From an uncultured Clostridia bacterium (GTDB lineage Bacteria; Bacillota; Clostridia; Christensenellales; UBA3700), in the NCBI GenBank assembly GCA_945992255.1, contig CAMFVQ010000010.1, forward strand, positions 1,431 through 65,430: a stretch of 64,000 nt of DNA, given 5' to 3'. Positions within the stretch are counted from its first letter, which is position 1; each line of letters starts with the position of its first letter. The position numbers were made by a program, and so were the translations under genes. The notes below the pieces were generated by a model that was given only the letters and a program-made list of their open reading frames with translations, was not told where the DNA came from and did no database searches. Of this stretch, positions 47,243-56,880 are shown one piece after another.

Positions 47243-48364
47243 ATGAATTTGGACGAAATAAGAAAAAATATTGATGATATAGACAGCCAAATAATCGACT
47301 TGTTCGCCAAGCGAATGGAGTGTGCAAAGCAAGTGGCAGAGTACAAGAAAAGCAACAGCGTGGGTGTACTACAATCTTCTCGAGAACAACAAGTCATTGC
47401 CAAAGCTGTTGACAAAATGGACAACGAAGAGCTAAAAAAATTCGTGCCAACGCTTATGAATTGCCTTATGGAAATGTCCAAGGACTACCAAAGGGAATTT
47501 TATGATGAGCAAGTCAAGTTGGAGCTTGATATAGAAGAATACGCCCCAAACGCAAAGATTGGCTATTTTGGTGCGGTGGGCAGCAATACTCAGCGAGCTA
47601 CCAAAGAGTATTTTGGCAGAGATAATGCCGAGAGCTATTCGAGTTTTGAAGACATTTTCAAGGCGGTGAGCAATGGAGAAATCAAGTACGGCGTTTTGCC
47701 TATCGAAAATTCTTCTACTGGTGCAATCACTGATGTTTACGATTTGCTTGGCAAATACGAATTGTATATTGTGGGCGAAAAGTGGTTGCGTATAGAACAT
47801 GTTTTGCTGAGCAAAAAAGGCGGAAATGTTGCCGATATTCGCAAGGTTTATTCTCACCCCCAAGCTTTACTTCAATGCCGAGAATGGCTAAAAGATTGTG
47901 GCATAGAGTGCGAGGAGTGTGCAAGTACGGCAACCGCTTGCCAAATAGTAAAAGACAGCGATGACAATTCGATTGGAGCTGTGGCAGACGCTTCTAATGC
48001 CGACATTTACGACCTAGCAATTATCCAAAAAAATATTGCAACATGCAAAGACAACTTTACCAGATTTGTGGTTGTTTCCAAAAAGCTTATCCAAGGAAAG
48101 AGCAACAAAGTAAGTGTGCATTTTGTACTCAAAAACAATGTAGGTAGTTTGTACAATGCTTTGAAAATTTTTGCAAGGTACAATGTAAATATGTTGATGA
48201 TAGAGTCACGACCTATCCGCAACAATCCCCAAAATTATAGTTTTTATGTTGACCTCGATGGCGATTGCAGACAAAAAAATGTCTTGCTTGCGCTTGATAA
48301 TCTCGAACAAAATTCTACAATTTTCAAGCTGATTGGTGCTTATGCAACAGGAGAAATCAAATGA
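47243..48364 (+). CDS. pheA: bifunctional chorismate mutase / prephenate dehydratase
   Basis: N-terminal CM domain (LDEIRKNIDDIDSQIIDLFAKRM), PDT domain, ACT domain with ESRP motif. Confidence 0.88.
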   Translation: MNLDEIRKNIDDIDSQIIDLFAKRMECAKQVAEYKKSNSVGVLQSSREQQVIAKAVDKMDNEELKKFVPTLMNCLMEMSKDYQREFYDEQVKLELDIEEYAPNAKIGYFGAVGSNTQRATKEYFGRDNAESYSSFEDIFKAVSNGEIKYGVLPIENSSTGAITDVYDLLGKYELYIVGEKWLRIEHVLLSKKGGNVADIRKVYSHPQALLQCREWLKDCGIECEECASTATACQIVKDSDDNSIGAVADASNADIYDLAIIQKNIATCKDNFTRFVVVSKKLIQGKSNKVSVHFVLKNNVGSLYNALKIFARYNVNMLMIESRPIRNNPQNYSFYVDLDGDCRQKNVLLALDNLEQNSTIFKLIGAYATGEIK

Positions 48365-49641
48365 AATATTGTGTGATTGGAAAAAGCTTACCTCATACTT
48401 TGTCGCCTGCTATTCACAAAGAATTTTTTGCACATTATGGTATGGACAACGATTATTCGGTGGTGGAAATACCTCCAACCAACTTGTCCCGCATAAGAGA
48501 GCTTTTGGCGGATATGAGCGGTATGAATGTGACTATTCCATATAAAGAGCAGATTATACCATACCTAGATGAAGTCGTAGGCGATGCCAAAGAACTGGGT
48601 GCTGTCAACACAATCAGCCGAGTGGGTGACAAGTGGATTGGTTACAATACGGACACTTATGGCTTCAAAGCTTTGCTAGATGTCAATCATATTAACCCCA
48701 AGGGAAAAGTTTGCGTAGTGCTTGGCAGTGGTGGAGCTAGCAAGTCGGTCGAGTATGTTTTGAAAAAAATGCATGCAAAGCAAGTGTTGGTTGTATCACG
48801 TACACCCAATAGCGAACAAATTGATTATACTCAGTTAGCTAAGATTGAGGGATATTTGATAGTCAACACAACCCCGGTAGGCATGAGCCCCAACATTGAT
48901 AGCAGCCCAGTCGGCAAGGATATTTTGTCTAATTGGCAAGTGGCGGTTGATATTGTGTACAATCCGACAATGACCAAGTTCCTCCAATTGGCAGCAAGCC
49001 TCGGCTTGTACGTTGCCAACGGACTTTATATGTTGGTTGCCCAAGCTGTCAAAGCTCAGCAATATTGGCAAAATATCAATGTAAACAAGCGAGTAGTGGA
49101 CAAAATATATCGCCAACTAAAACATGATTTTGACCAAAAGTCCAACAACAATATTTACCTCATCGGTATGATGGGGTGTGGCAAGTCAACTATTGCCAAA
49201 GAGTTGGCTCAAAGATTGGCTTATGAAGTGATAGACAGCGACCAGTATATAGTCGATATGCAAAGCAAGAGCATTGCCCAAATGTTCGAGATAGGCGAAG
49301 AATATTTTCGCAGGGCAGAAACAAAGGCTTTGGCAGAGATAGTGACCAAACATAATTGTGTCGTTGCAACGGGTGGAGGAATTATCAAAAATCCTGTCAA
49401 TGTTGCTATGATGAAAGCAAGCGGACAAGTCGTGTGGTTGGACAGAAAAATCCAACTCATAGAGAGGGATTGCGACACCTCGACAAGACCGCTTTTGAAT
49501 GGAAAAAGTCGAAACATATCGACAATTTTCAACGAACGCAAACATATTTATGCTTCATCTTGCGACACCAAAGTTGCCAACAATTCAACTGTAAAATCAT
49601 GTATAAACAAGCTTGTCAAGCGAGTAGGAGATAGAGTATGA
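48361..49641 (+). CDS. aroE-aroK: fused shikimate dehydrogenase / shikimate kinase
   Basis: N-terminal AroE (SLPHTLSPAIHKEFF, GSGGASKS) and C-terminal AroK (GMMGCGKSTIAKELA) in one 426-aa ORF. Confidence 0.88.
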   Translation: MKYCVIGKSLPHTLSPAIHKEFFAHYGMDNDYSVVEIPPTNLSRIRELLADMSGMNVTIPYKEQIIPYLDEVVGDAKELGAVNTISRVGDKWIGYNTDTYGFKALLDVNHINPKGKVCVVLGSGGASKSVEYVLKKMHAKQVLVVSRTPNSEQIDYTQLAKIEGYLIVNTTPVGMSPNIDSSPVGKDILSNWQVAVDIVYNPTMTKFLQLAASLGLYVANGLYMLVAQAVKAQQYWQNINVNKRVVDKIYRQLKHDFDQKSNNNIYLIGMMGCGKSTIAKELAQRLAYEVIDSDQYIVDMQSKSIAQMFEIGEEYFRRAETKALAEIVTKHNCVVATGGGIIKNPVNVAMMKASGQVVWLDRKIQLIERDCDTSTRPLLNGKSRNISTIFNERKHIYASSCDTKVANNSTVKSCINKLVKRVGDRV

Positions 49642-50075
49642 AAAACATTGTGATAATCAACGGACCCAACCTCAATATGCTAGGTATCAGAGAAAAAGCA
49701 ATCTATGGCAACAATACCTATGAAGGGTTGGTGGAGTATATCAAATCGGCAAGAGCAAATGTAGTAAGCCTTGACTTTTTCCAAAGTAATTGTGAGGGGG
49801 CTATCATTGACCGTTTGCACAAATGTTACTATGACAATGTAGATGGCGTGGTCATCAATCCGGGAGCATACACACATTATAGCTATGCAATTTTTGATGC
49901 TATCAAAGCTATCAACATTCCTACCGTCGAAGTGCATATATCTGACATTGATGAGAGAGAGCAATTCCGCAAAATCTCAGTGACGGCAGCCGCTTGTGTA
50001 GCTCAAATCAAAGGTTTGGGCTTTGAAGGATACATCAAAGCAATTGATGTTTTGTTAGGTGAACACAATGATTGA
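49638..50075 (+). CDS. aroQ: type II 3-dehydroquinate dehydratase
   Basis: NGPNLNMLGIRE and HISD motifs; 145 aa. Confidence 0.92.
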   Translation: MKNIVIINGPNLNMLGIREKAIYGNNTYEGLVEYIKSARANVVSLDFFQSNCEGAIIDRLHKCYYDNVDGVVINPGAYTHYSYAIFDAIKAINIPTVEVHISDIDEREQFRKISVTAAACVAQIKGLGFEGYIKAIDVLLGEHND

Positions 50076-50919
50076 CAATATTCGCAAAATAACTATAGTT
50101 GGACTTGGCGTCATAGGTGGTTCGTACGCCATTGCTTTGTCCAAACTCGGCTATGAAGTGTATGGAGTAGACAAAGACGAGAATACTTTGTCCAAAGCCT
50201 TGGCTGTGGGTGCAATATCCAAAGCAAGCACTACATCTGATGAGTTTTTCCCAATCTCGGACATAATTGTTATGGCACTTTATCCTGACCAAATTGCAGA
50301 ATTTATCAAAGACACTATCGGCATGGTCAAGAGCGGTTGTATCATCACCGATGTGACAGGACTAAAATCTCACTTTGTGGACAAGATAGAGGCTCAGCTT
50401 CCCCAAAATATTAGCTTTGTTTTTGCTCACCCAATGGCAGGCAGAGAAAAGAAAGGCTTTGATTATGCAGATGACAAAGTTTTCAAGGGAGCGAATTTCA
50501 TCATCACTCCAACGGACAAAACTAGCCAAAGTGCGATGGACACTATCCAAAATCTAGCTTTGGATATGGGTTTTGGGCAAATCAAAATCACCACACCGAC
50601 CAAGCACGATGACATCATTGCTTACACTTCCCAGTTGCCACACGCTTTGGCAGTTGCACTCATCAACAGCGACAGTGAAGATAGCGAAACTGGCAAATAT
50701 ATCGGCGACAGCTATCGAGATTTGACTCGAATTGCCAACATAAATGATGCACTTTGGGCAGAATTGTTTATCAACAACAAGTCCAATCTTGTGTCCAAAA
50801 TCGATGACTTTGAAAAGCAACTCCAAGAGATAAAAACAGCCGTACAAAGTGAAGATTATGAAGGTCTAAAAGCTTTGTTCGTCAAGGCAACCAAGCGAAG
50901 AGTAAAACTCGAAAAATAA
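50059..50919 (+). CDS. tyrA: prephenate dehydrogenase
   Basis: Rossmann motif VGLGVIGGSYA; HPMAG motif. Confidence 0.88.
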   Translation: MNTMIDNIRKITIVGLGVIGGSYAIALSKLGYEVYGVDKDENTLSKALAVGAISKASTTSDEFFPISDIIVMALYPDQIAEFIKDTIGMVKSGCIITDVTGLKSHFVDKIEAQLPQNISFVFAHPMAGREKKGFDYADDKVFKGANFIITPTDKTSQSAMDTIQNLALDMGFGQIKITTPTKHDDIIAYTSQLPHALAVALINSDSEDSETGKYIGDSYRDLTRIANINDALWAELFINNKSNLVSKIDDFEKQLQEIKTAVQSEDYEGLKALFVKATKRRVKLEK

Positions 50920-50939
50920 AAATAACATTTTATATAAAA

Positions 50940-50968
50940 TTGACTTTTATATAAAAGCATGTTAAACT
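50940..50968 (+). promoter_or_regulatory. sigma-A-type promoter, -10 box ends 7 nt before the ATG
   Basis: TTGACT-17-TAAACT, then ATATACT, then ATG 50976; no SD. Confidence 0.45.
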
Positions 50969-50975
50969 ATATACT

Positions 50976-53900
50976 ATGGCGAATTCTACAAACAAAAAGA
51001 CGACCAAAATAGCAACAAATCCGACAGAGGACAAGTCAGTTGGCATCTCTCAAGCGGAAGTTGTGACCAAAGAAAAGTCGTCTAAGACAACCCAAAAATC
51101 ATCTTCTAAGACAGCTACCATAGCTGCCAAGTCTTCTACACGCAAACAATCTACCAAGGTAGACAGCGTACCAAAAGAAGAGAGCAAGCAAGAAGAAACA
51201 CCGATTGTAGAAATGCCTGCAGTTCCAACTGAGCCAACATCTACAACCCCGGCCAAGCCAAAGACTACTCGCAAAAAGGCAACTAAAACACCTACTGAAG
51301 AGAAGTCAATAGATGAAACAAAGGTTGAGGACAAACCTATCGAGCAAGTTGTAGCCGATGAGGTAGTGGTTGAAGCTCCAGCCAAGCCAAAGACTACTCG
51401 CAAAAAGTCCACCAAAAAGGCGAATAATGCCGAACTTCAAAATGTGCAAATGACTATCCTTGATATTGCTCAACCAGCCGAGCCAGTTGTGCCGGAGTCA
51501 AGCGTGGAGCAAGTGGCAGACACCGCTGTCCAAGACCAAACAGCAATCGCTGAGGAAGAGGAAAGCACATCGCAGCAACCAAAGAAAGAAAAGAAAACCA
51601 AGAAAAAGAAAATCAAATACAATTATCCGCTCGAGCGTGTCCAAGCTGACAGCAATATTGGACTTACCTCAGCTCAAGTCGAAGAAAGAATAAATCGTGG
51701 CAACACCAATGAACAACCAAACATTGTTACCAAGTCGTATGCCAACATTTTCCGTACAAACGTACTCACACTGTTCAACATACTCAACTTTTTCTTAGCG
51801 ACCATGATATTGATTTATGGCGAAATCAAGAATGCTTTGTTTATGGGCGTTGTATTGTGCAATATGGTAGTTGGCATTATTCAAGAAATCCGTTCCAAAC
51901 TCACTCTCGAAAAAATGAGTTTGCTATCTAGCCCTGAGGCTATGGTAGTCAGAGACGGACAAAAGCAATCAATCAATCTAAACGACCTTGTACTCGATGA
52001 TATAATCATTCTAAAACAAGGTGACCAAGTGCCAGCGGACAGTGTGGTTGTCGATGGACTATGCGAAGTCAACGAATCATTGCTCACTGGCGAACAAGAT
52101 GACATACACAAAGAAATTGGCAGTGAGTTGATGTCAGGAAGCTTTGTTCAAGCAGGCGAATGTCGTGCAAGAGTAGAAGCAGTCGGCAAGGACAACTATA
52201 CATCAAAGCTTATGGCTGAGGCAAAACAATTCAAAAAGCCAAAGTCTGAGTTGATGAAGTCAATCAACTGGATTATCCGTATCGTAACAATCGCAATTTT
52301 CCCTATCGGAATTTTGATGTTCTTTACCAACCTCAACACCACCCCAACTATCAACCAAGCTGTGACAGGCACGGTAGCATCAATTGTGGGTATGATTCCT
52401 GAGGGACTTGTCATGCTCACAAGTATTGCTTTGGCGGCAGGTGTTGTCAAGCTTGCAAAAAAGCGTACACTTGTCCAAGACTTGTATTGTATCGAGACTT
52501 TGGCAAGAGTAGATGTGTTGTGTTTGGACAAAACAGGCACAATCACCGAAGGCAGTATGCAAGTCGAGCAAACTCATGTATATTCGACCAAATTCGGATT
52601 CGTAGATGATATTATGTACAACATGGTAGAAGCTTTGGGCAGTCAAGGTGCTACATTCGAGGCATTCTCCAAGTACTTCAAGAGTCAAGAAAAATTCGAT
52701 ATTGTCAAAACTATTCCATTCTCATCAGCACGCAAATGGAGTGGTGCGGACTTTGGAGCAAAAGGCAGATTTATTGTTGGTGCGCCAGAGTTTGTGTTGA
52801 AATCAAGATATGACCTTGTCGAGAATGATGCCAAAGAGTTCACATCCCAAGGCTTTAGAGTGCTTGTGCTTGTCAAGACAACCGAGCAACTCAGCGAAAC
52901 TATGGATGAGAACAAAATGCGACCAATCGCACTCATCATTCTAAGTGACAAAATCAGAGAAAACGCCAAACAAACTTTCGAGTATTTTGCCAAGCAAGGT
53001 GTCAATCTCAAAGTTATCAGTGGTGACAATCCAATCACCGTATCCAAAGTAGCTGAGCGTGCAGGACTTATGGGAGCAGAAAAATTTATTGATGCTTCTA
53101 TCGACCTAGACACAGATGAAAAGATATATGATGCTTGTGACAAATACACTATTTTTGGTAGAGTAAGTCCAAAGCAAAAGAAAGTGCTTGTTCAGTCGCT
53201 CAAACAAAAAGGTTATACCGTAGGTATGACTGGCGATGGTGTAAATGACGTCATGGCTCTCAAAGAAGCCGATTGTTCTATCGCAATGGCGAGCGGTTCG
53301 GAGGCAAGCCGAAATGTTGCCCAACTTGTACTACTAGACAGCGATTTTAGTGCGTTGCCTAGCGTTGTGGCAGAGGGTAGACGTGTTATCAACAACATTG
53401 AGCGTGCGGCATCGTTGTTCCTTGTCAAGACAACTTACAGCATAGTTTTGTCGCTATTGCTCATAATATTCCAAATGAATTATCCATTCGAGCCTATCCA
53501 ACTTACACTTATCAGCGGATTGTTCGTAGGCATACCATCATTCTTCTTGGCATTGGAGCCGAACGATACCAAGGTTAGCGGATCATTCCTAAGTAAGGTG
53601 TTCAAGAAAGCAGTGCCGGCAGGTCTGACTGTCGCCACTATGGTATGGATAATAAGTTATATATACAGAGATATAGGCATAGATGTTTCGTCCCAAATAT
53701 CTACTATGTCATTCTATGTAACCAGCGTAGTTGCAGTGTTGGTGCTACTCCAAGTATGTATGCCGTACAACAAAGAAAGATTGTTCTTGATTGCCATAGC
53801 GGTGGTTGTGTATATTGCTGTCATATCATCGGACTTCTTGCGAGGTATATTGGCACTTGTTCCACTTACCACGGATATGATTGTAAAGAACGTTGTCATT

Positions 53901-54041
53901 ATGCTATGTGCGCCAATTATGATATTGTTCATGAGAGCGGAAGTCGAGGCATTCAAAGCGTTGTTTTCCGAAATCAAACAATTTTTTGTCCGCAATATCG
54001 GCAAAATGCGTAAATTCTTTGGTAAGGATAAGCTCAAATGA
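50976..54041 (+). CDS. cation-translocating P-type ATPase with an N-terminal K/T/P-rich extension of about 230 aa
   Basis: DKTGTIT phosphorylation motif, PEGL, MTGDGVNDVMALKEAD. The N-terminus is low complexity with a repeated PAKPKTTRKK unit. Confidence 0.9.
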   Translation: MANSTNKKTTKIATNPTEDKSVGISQAEVVTKEKSSKTTQKSSSKTATIAAKSSTRKQSTKVDSVPKEESKQEETPIVEMPAVPTEPTSTTPAKPKTTRKKATKTPTEEKSIDETKVEDKPIEQVVADEVVVEAPAKPKTTRKKSTKKANNAELQNVQMTILDIAQPAEPVVPESSVEQVADTAVQDQTAIAEEEESTSQQPKKEKKTKKKKIKYNYPLERVQADSNIGLTSAQVEERINRGNTNEQPNIVTKSYANIFRTNVLTLFNILNFFLATMILIYGEIKNALFMGVVLCNMVVGIIQEIRSKLTLEKMSLLSSPEAMVVRDGQKQSINLNDLVLDDIIILKQGDQVPADSVVVDGLCEVNESLLTGEQDDIHKEIGSELMSGSFVQAGECRARVEAVGKDNYTSKLMAEAKQFKKPKSELMKSINWIIRIVTIAIFPIGILMFFTNLNTTPTINQAVTGTVASIVGMIPEGLVMLTSIALAAGVVKLAKKRTLVQDLYCIETLARVDVLCLDKTGTITEGSMQVEQTHVYSTKFGFVDDIMYNMVEALGSQGATFEAFSKYFKSQEKFDIVKTIPFSSARKWSGADFGAKGRFIVGAPEFVLKSRYDLVENDAKEFTSQGFRVLVLVKTTEQLSETMDENKMRPIALIILSDKIRENAKQTFEYFAKQGVNLKVISGDNPITVSKVAERAGLMGAEKFIDASIDLDTDEKIYDACDKYTIFGRVSPKQKKVLVQSLKQKGYTVGMTGDGVNDVMALKEADCSIAMASGSEASRNVAQLVLLDSDFSALPSVVAEGRRVINNIERAASLFLVKTTYSIVLSLLLIIFQMNYPFEPIQLTLISGLFVGIPSFFLALEPNDTKVSGSFLSKVFKKAVPAGLTVATMVWIISYIYRDIGIDVSSQISTMSFYVTSVVAVLVLLQVCMPYNKERLFLIAIAVVVYIAVISSDFLRGILALVPLTTDMIVKNVVIMLCAPIMILFMRAEVEAFKALFSEIKQFFVRNIGKMRKFFGKDKLK

Positions 54042-54682
54042 CCAATCAAGAAGTAAACGAGCTGATTGACTTGCTAAGACTCGAACACCCCAATGCAGTA
54101 TGCGAACTCAACTTCAACACGACTTTTGAGTTGCTAGTTGCAGTCATTTTGTCGGCACAATGCACAGACAAAAGGGTAAATGTCGTGACAGAGCAGCTGT
54201 TCAAGGAGTATGACACACCTGAGCAGTTTGCGAGCATGGATATAAAAGAGCTAGAAAAACGCATATATTCTTGCGGTTTTTATCACAACAAAGCCAAGAA
54301 TATTATCAGTTGTGCAAGGGACATTGTTGACAGGTTTGGCGGTGTTGTACCAAGTCAAATTGACCAACTTGTCACATTGGCAGGTGTAGGTCGAAAGACA
54401 GCCAATGTTGTATATGCAGTAGGTTTTGGCGGACAAGCGATTGCGGTTGATACTCACGTTCTCAGAGTATCCAATCGACTAGGGCTTGCCCATTCTACCA
54501 ATCCGCTTGCAGTTGAGCAGTCGTTGATGAAAGCTATTCCCCAAGAGCATTGGTCAGAATTTCATCATTTACTCATTCATCACGGCAGATACACATGTTC
54601 TTCTCAGCGACCAAAATGTGAAGAATGTAGTGTAAAAAAATATTGTAAATATATAAAGGAGAAAGGAGATAGTCTATGCTAA
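54038..54682 (+). CDS. nth: endonuclease III
   Basis: HhH-GPD motif LVTLAGVGRKTANVV; C-terminal 4Fe-4S cysteines CSSQRPKCEECSVKKYC. Confidence 0.92.
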   Translation: MTNQEVNELIDLLRLEHPNAVCELNFNTTFELLVAVILSAQCTDKRVNVVTEQLFKEYDTPEQFASMDIKELEKRIYSCGFYHNKAKNIISCARDIVDRFGGVVPSQIDQLVTLAGVGRKTANVVYAVGFGGQAIAVDTHVLRVSNRLGLAHSTNPLAVEQSLMKAIPQEHWSEFHHLLIHHGRYTCSSQRPKCEECSVKKYCKYIKEKGDSLC

Positions 54683-55494
54683 ACGAAATCCTAAATATCA
54701 AAGATATTGCTCCAAGAGTTAAGGAGTATATCATCGAAAATCCAGCAATCGTAAAACATTGTATGCCAGGACAATTCATCATTCTCAGAGTTGATGAAGA
54801 TGGCGAGAGAGTCCCATTCACAATCTGTGACTATGACAGAGAAAAGGGAACAATCACTCTTCTTGTTCAAGACGTAGGTTATTCTACTCACAAAATGGGC
54901 GAATTGAAAGTTGGTGATTGTTTGCACGATATGGTAGGACCACTCGGCAACGCAACCGACCTAGACGAATATGAGAATGTTGTTTTGGTAGGTGGCGGTA
55001 TTGGTTGTGCGGTAATCTATCCACAAGCCAAGCTCCGCAAATCCAAAGGACTAAAATGCGATGTCATCATGGGTGCAAGAACAGAAGAATTGCTCTTCAA
55101 TATCGAAGAATTCAAAGCCAACAGCGACAACACATACATTGCAACCGATGATGGAAGTTTGGGTACAAAAGGTTTTGTTACAACCGTACTCCAACAACTC
55201 ATTGATGAAGGCAAAAAGATTGATTGTGTATTCGTAGTTGGACCTATGATTATGATGAGAAATGTGAGCGAACTTACTCGCAAATACAATATTCCTACCA
55301 TTGTAAGTATGAACTGTATCATGGTAGATGGCACAGGTATGTGTGGCGGTTGCAGATTGACAGTTGGTGGCGAAACAAAATATGCATGCGTAGACGGACC
55401 AGAGTTTGATGGACACCAAGTAGACTTTGCAGAAGCAATGAACAGATCAGGATTCTACAAAGAACACGAAGCTAAATGTAGATTGAGAGGTTAG
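54676..55494 (+). CDS. nfnA: sulfide/dihydroorotate dehydrogenase-like FAD/NAD-binding subunit (NfnA-like)
   Basis: PyrK-like fold with C-terminal 2Fe-2S cysteines CGGCRL...CVDGPEF; paired with the GltD-like gene. Confidence 0.75.
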   Translation: MLNEILNIKDIAPRVKEYIIENPAIVKHCMPGQFIILRVDEDGERVPFTICDYDREKGTITLLVQDVGYSTHKMGELKVGDCLHDMVGPLGNATDLDEYENVVLVGGGIGCAVIYPQAKLRKSKGLKCDVIMGARTEELLFNIEEFKANSDNTYIATDDGSLGTKGFVTTVLQQLIDEGKKIDCVFVVGPMIMMRNVSELTRKYNIPTIVSMNCIMVDGTGMCGGCRLTVGGETKYACVDGPEFDGHQVDFAEAMNRSGFYKEHEAKCRLRG

Positions 55495-55497
55495 AGT

Positions 55498-56877
55498 ATG
55501 AACAATTCACCAAGAAATACAACAAGACATCAAGACCCAAATGTCAGAATCAACAATTTTGATGAAGTAAATCTCGGTTTTGATGAGCAAACTATGATTG
55601 AAGAAGCAAGCAGATGTATTGGATGTAAGAATGCTCCATGTCGCAAAGGCTGTCCTGTAGGCATCGACATTCCTAGATTTATTGCATATCTCAAAGAAAA
55701 CGACCCAGAGGGTGCTCTCAGTGTTATCAGTGAGTCAAGCCTTCTTCCTGCTATTTGCGGAAGAGTTTGTCCACAAGAGCGTCAATGCGAGAACAACTGT
55801 GTACGTAAGGCAAAACTTGGCGGCTCAGTAGCTATCGGAGCTTTGGAGAGATATGTAGGTGACTATGGTCTAGCCAAAGGCACAGCTGATTATAAAAAAC
55901 CTGAGCCATGTGGCAAAAAGGTGGCTGTCGTAGGCAGTGGTCCAGCGGGACTTGCTTGTGCGGCAGATTGCGCTCAAAAGGGTATGCAAGTTACCATTTT
56001 CGAGGCATTCCACAAAGCTGGCGGCGTGCTAGTTTATGGTATTCCAGAATTTAGACTTCCAAAGGAGAGAGTTGTCGCAAAAGAAATCGAAAAACTCAAA
56101 GCTTTGGGTGTAGAAATTCGACTAAATACTGTCATCGGCAAAACAATTACTTTGGAAGAACTCCAAGAAGAATACGATGCAATTTTCATCGGTACAGGTG
56201 CTGGACTTCCAATGTTTATGGGCATCGAGGGCGAGAACCTAAATGGTGTATCTTCAGCCAACGAATTTTTGACTCGTGTCAACCTGATGCAAGCTTACAA
56301 GAGTGATGCAATTACCCCAGTATATTGCGGCAAAAATGTTGCAGTTATCGGTGCAGGTAACGTTGCTATGGACGCAGCAAGAACAGCCAAGAGAATTGGC
56401 GGTGGCGAAGTCTACATAGTTTATCGTAGATCTCGTGAAGAAATGCCTGCAAGAGCAGAAGAAATTGTGCATGCAGAAGAAGAGGGTATCAAGCTCCAAC
56501 TTTTGACCAATCCAGTCCAAATGCTCGGCGAAGATGGCAGAGTTGTAGGGCTAAAATGTGTAAGAATGGAACTTGGCGAGCCAGATGCAAGTGGCAGAAG
56601 AAGACCAGTCGTTGTGCCAAACAGCGAGTTTGTGTTGGATGTTGACCAAGTTATCGTATCTCTAGGCACAAGTCCAAACCCACTTGTGAAAAAGACTTTC
56701 CAGGGTCTAGAATTTTCACCAAAGGGTACAATCATTGTCAACGAAGAAGCAATGTCCACCAATGTAGATGGCATTTATGCAGGTGGCGATGCTGTGACAG
56801 GTGCAGCAACAGTAATTTTGGCTATGGGAGCAGGAAGAAAGGCTGCCAAGGCTATTATAGAAAAACTAGGAGTATAA
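55498..56877 (+). CDS. nfnB: NADPH-dependent glutamate synthase beta-chain-like oxidoreductase (NfnB-like)
   Basis: N-terminal Fe-S cysteines, VAVVGSGPAGLACA and VAVIGAGNVAMDAART dinucleotide motifs. Confidence 0.8.
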   Translation: MNNSPRNTTRHQDPNVRINNFDEVNLGFDEQTMIEEASRCIGCKNAPCRKGCPVGIDIPRFIAYLKENDPEGALSVISESSLLPAICGRVCPQERQCENNCVRKAKLGGSVAIGALERYVGDYGLAKGTADYKKPEPCGKKVAVVGSGPAGLACAADCAQKGMQVTIFEAFHKAGGVLVYGIPEFRLPKERVVAKEIEKLKALGVEIRLNTVIGKTITLEELQEEYDAIFIGTGAGLPMFMGIEGENLNGVSSANEFLTRVNLMQAYKSDAITPVYCGKNVAVIGAGNVAMDAARTAKRIGGGEVYIVYRRSREEMPARAEEIVHAEEEGIKLQLLTNPVQMLGEDGRVVGLKCVRMELGEPDASGRRRPVVVPNSEFVLDVDQVIVSLGTSPNPLVKKTFQGLEFSPKGTIIVNEEAMSTNVDGIYAGGDAVTGAATVILAMGAGRKAAKAIIEKLGV

Positions 56878-56880
56878 AAT

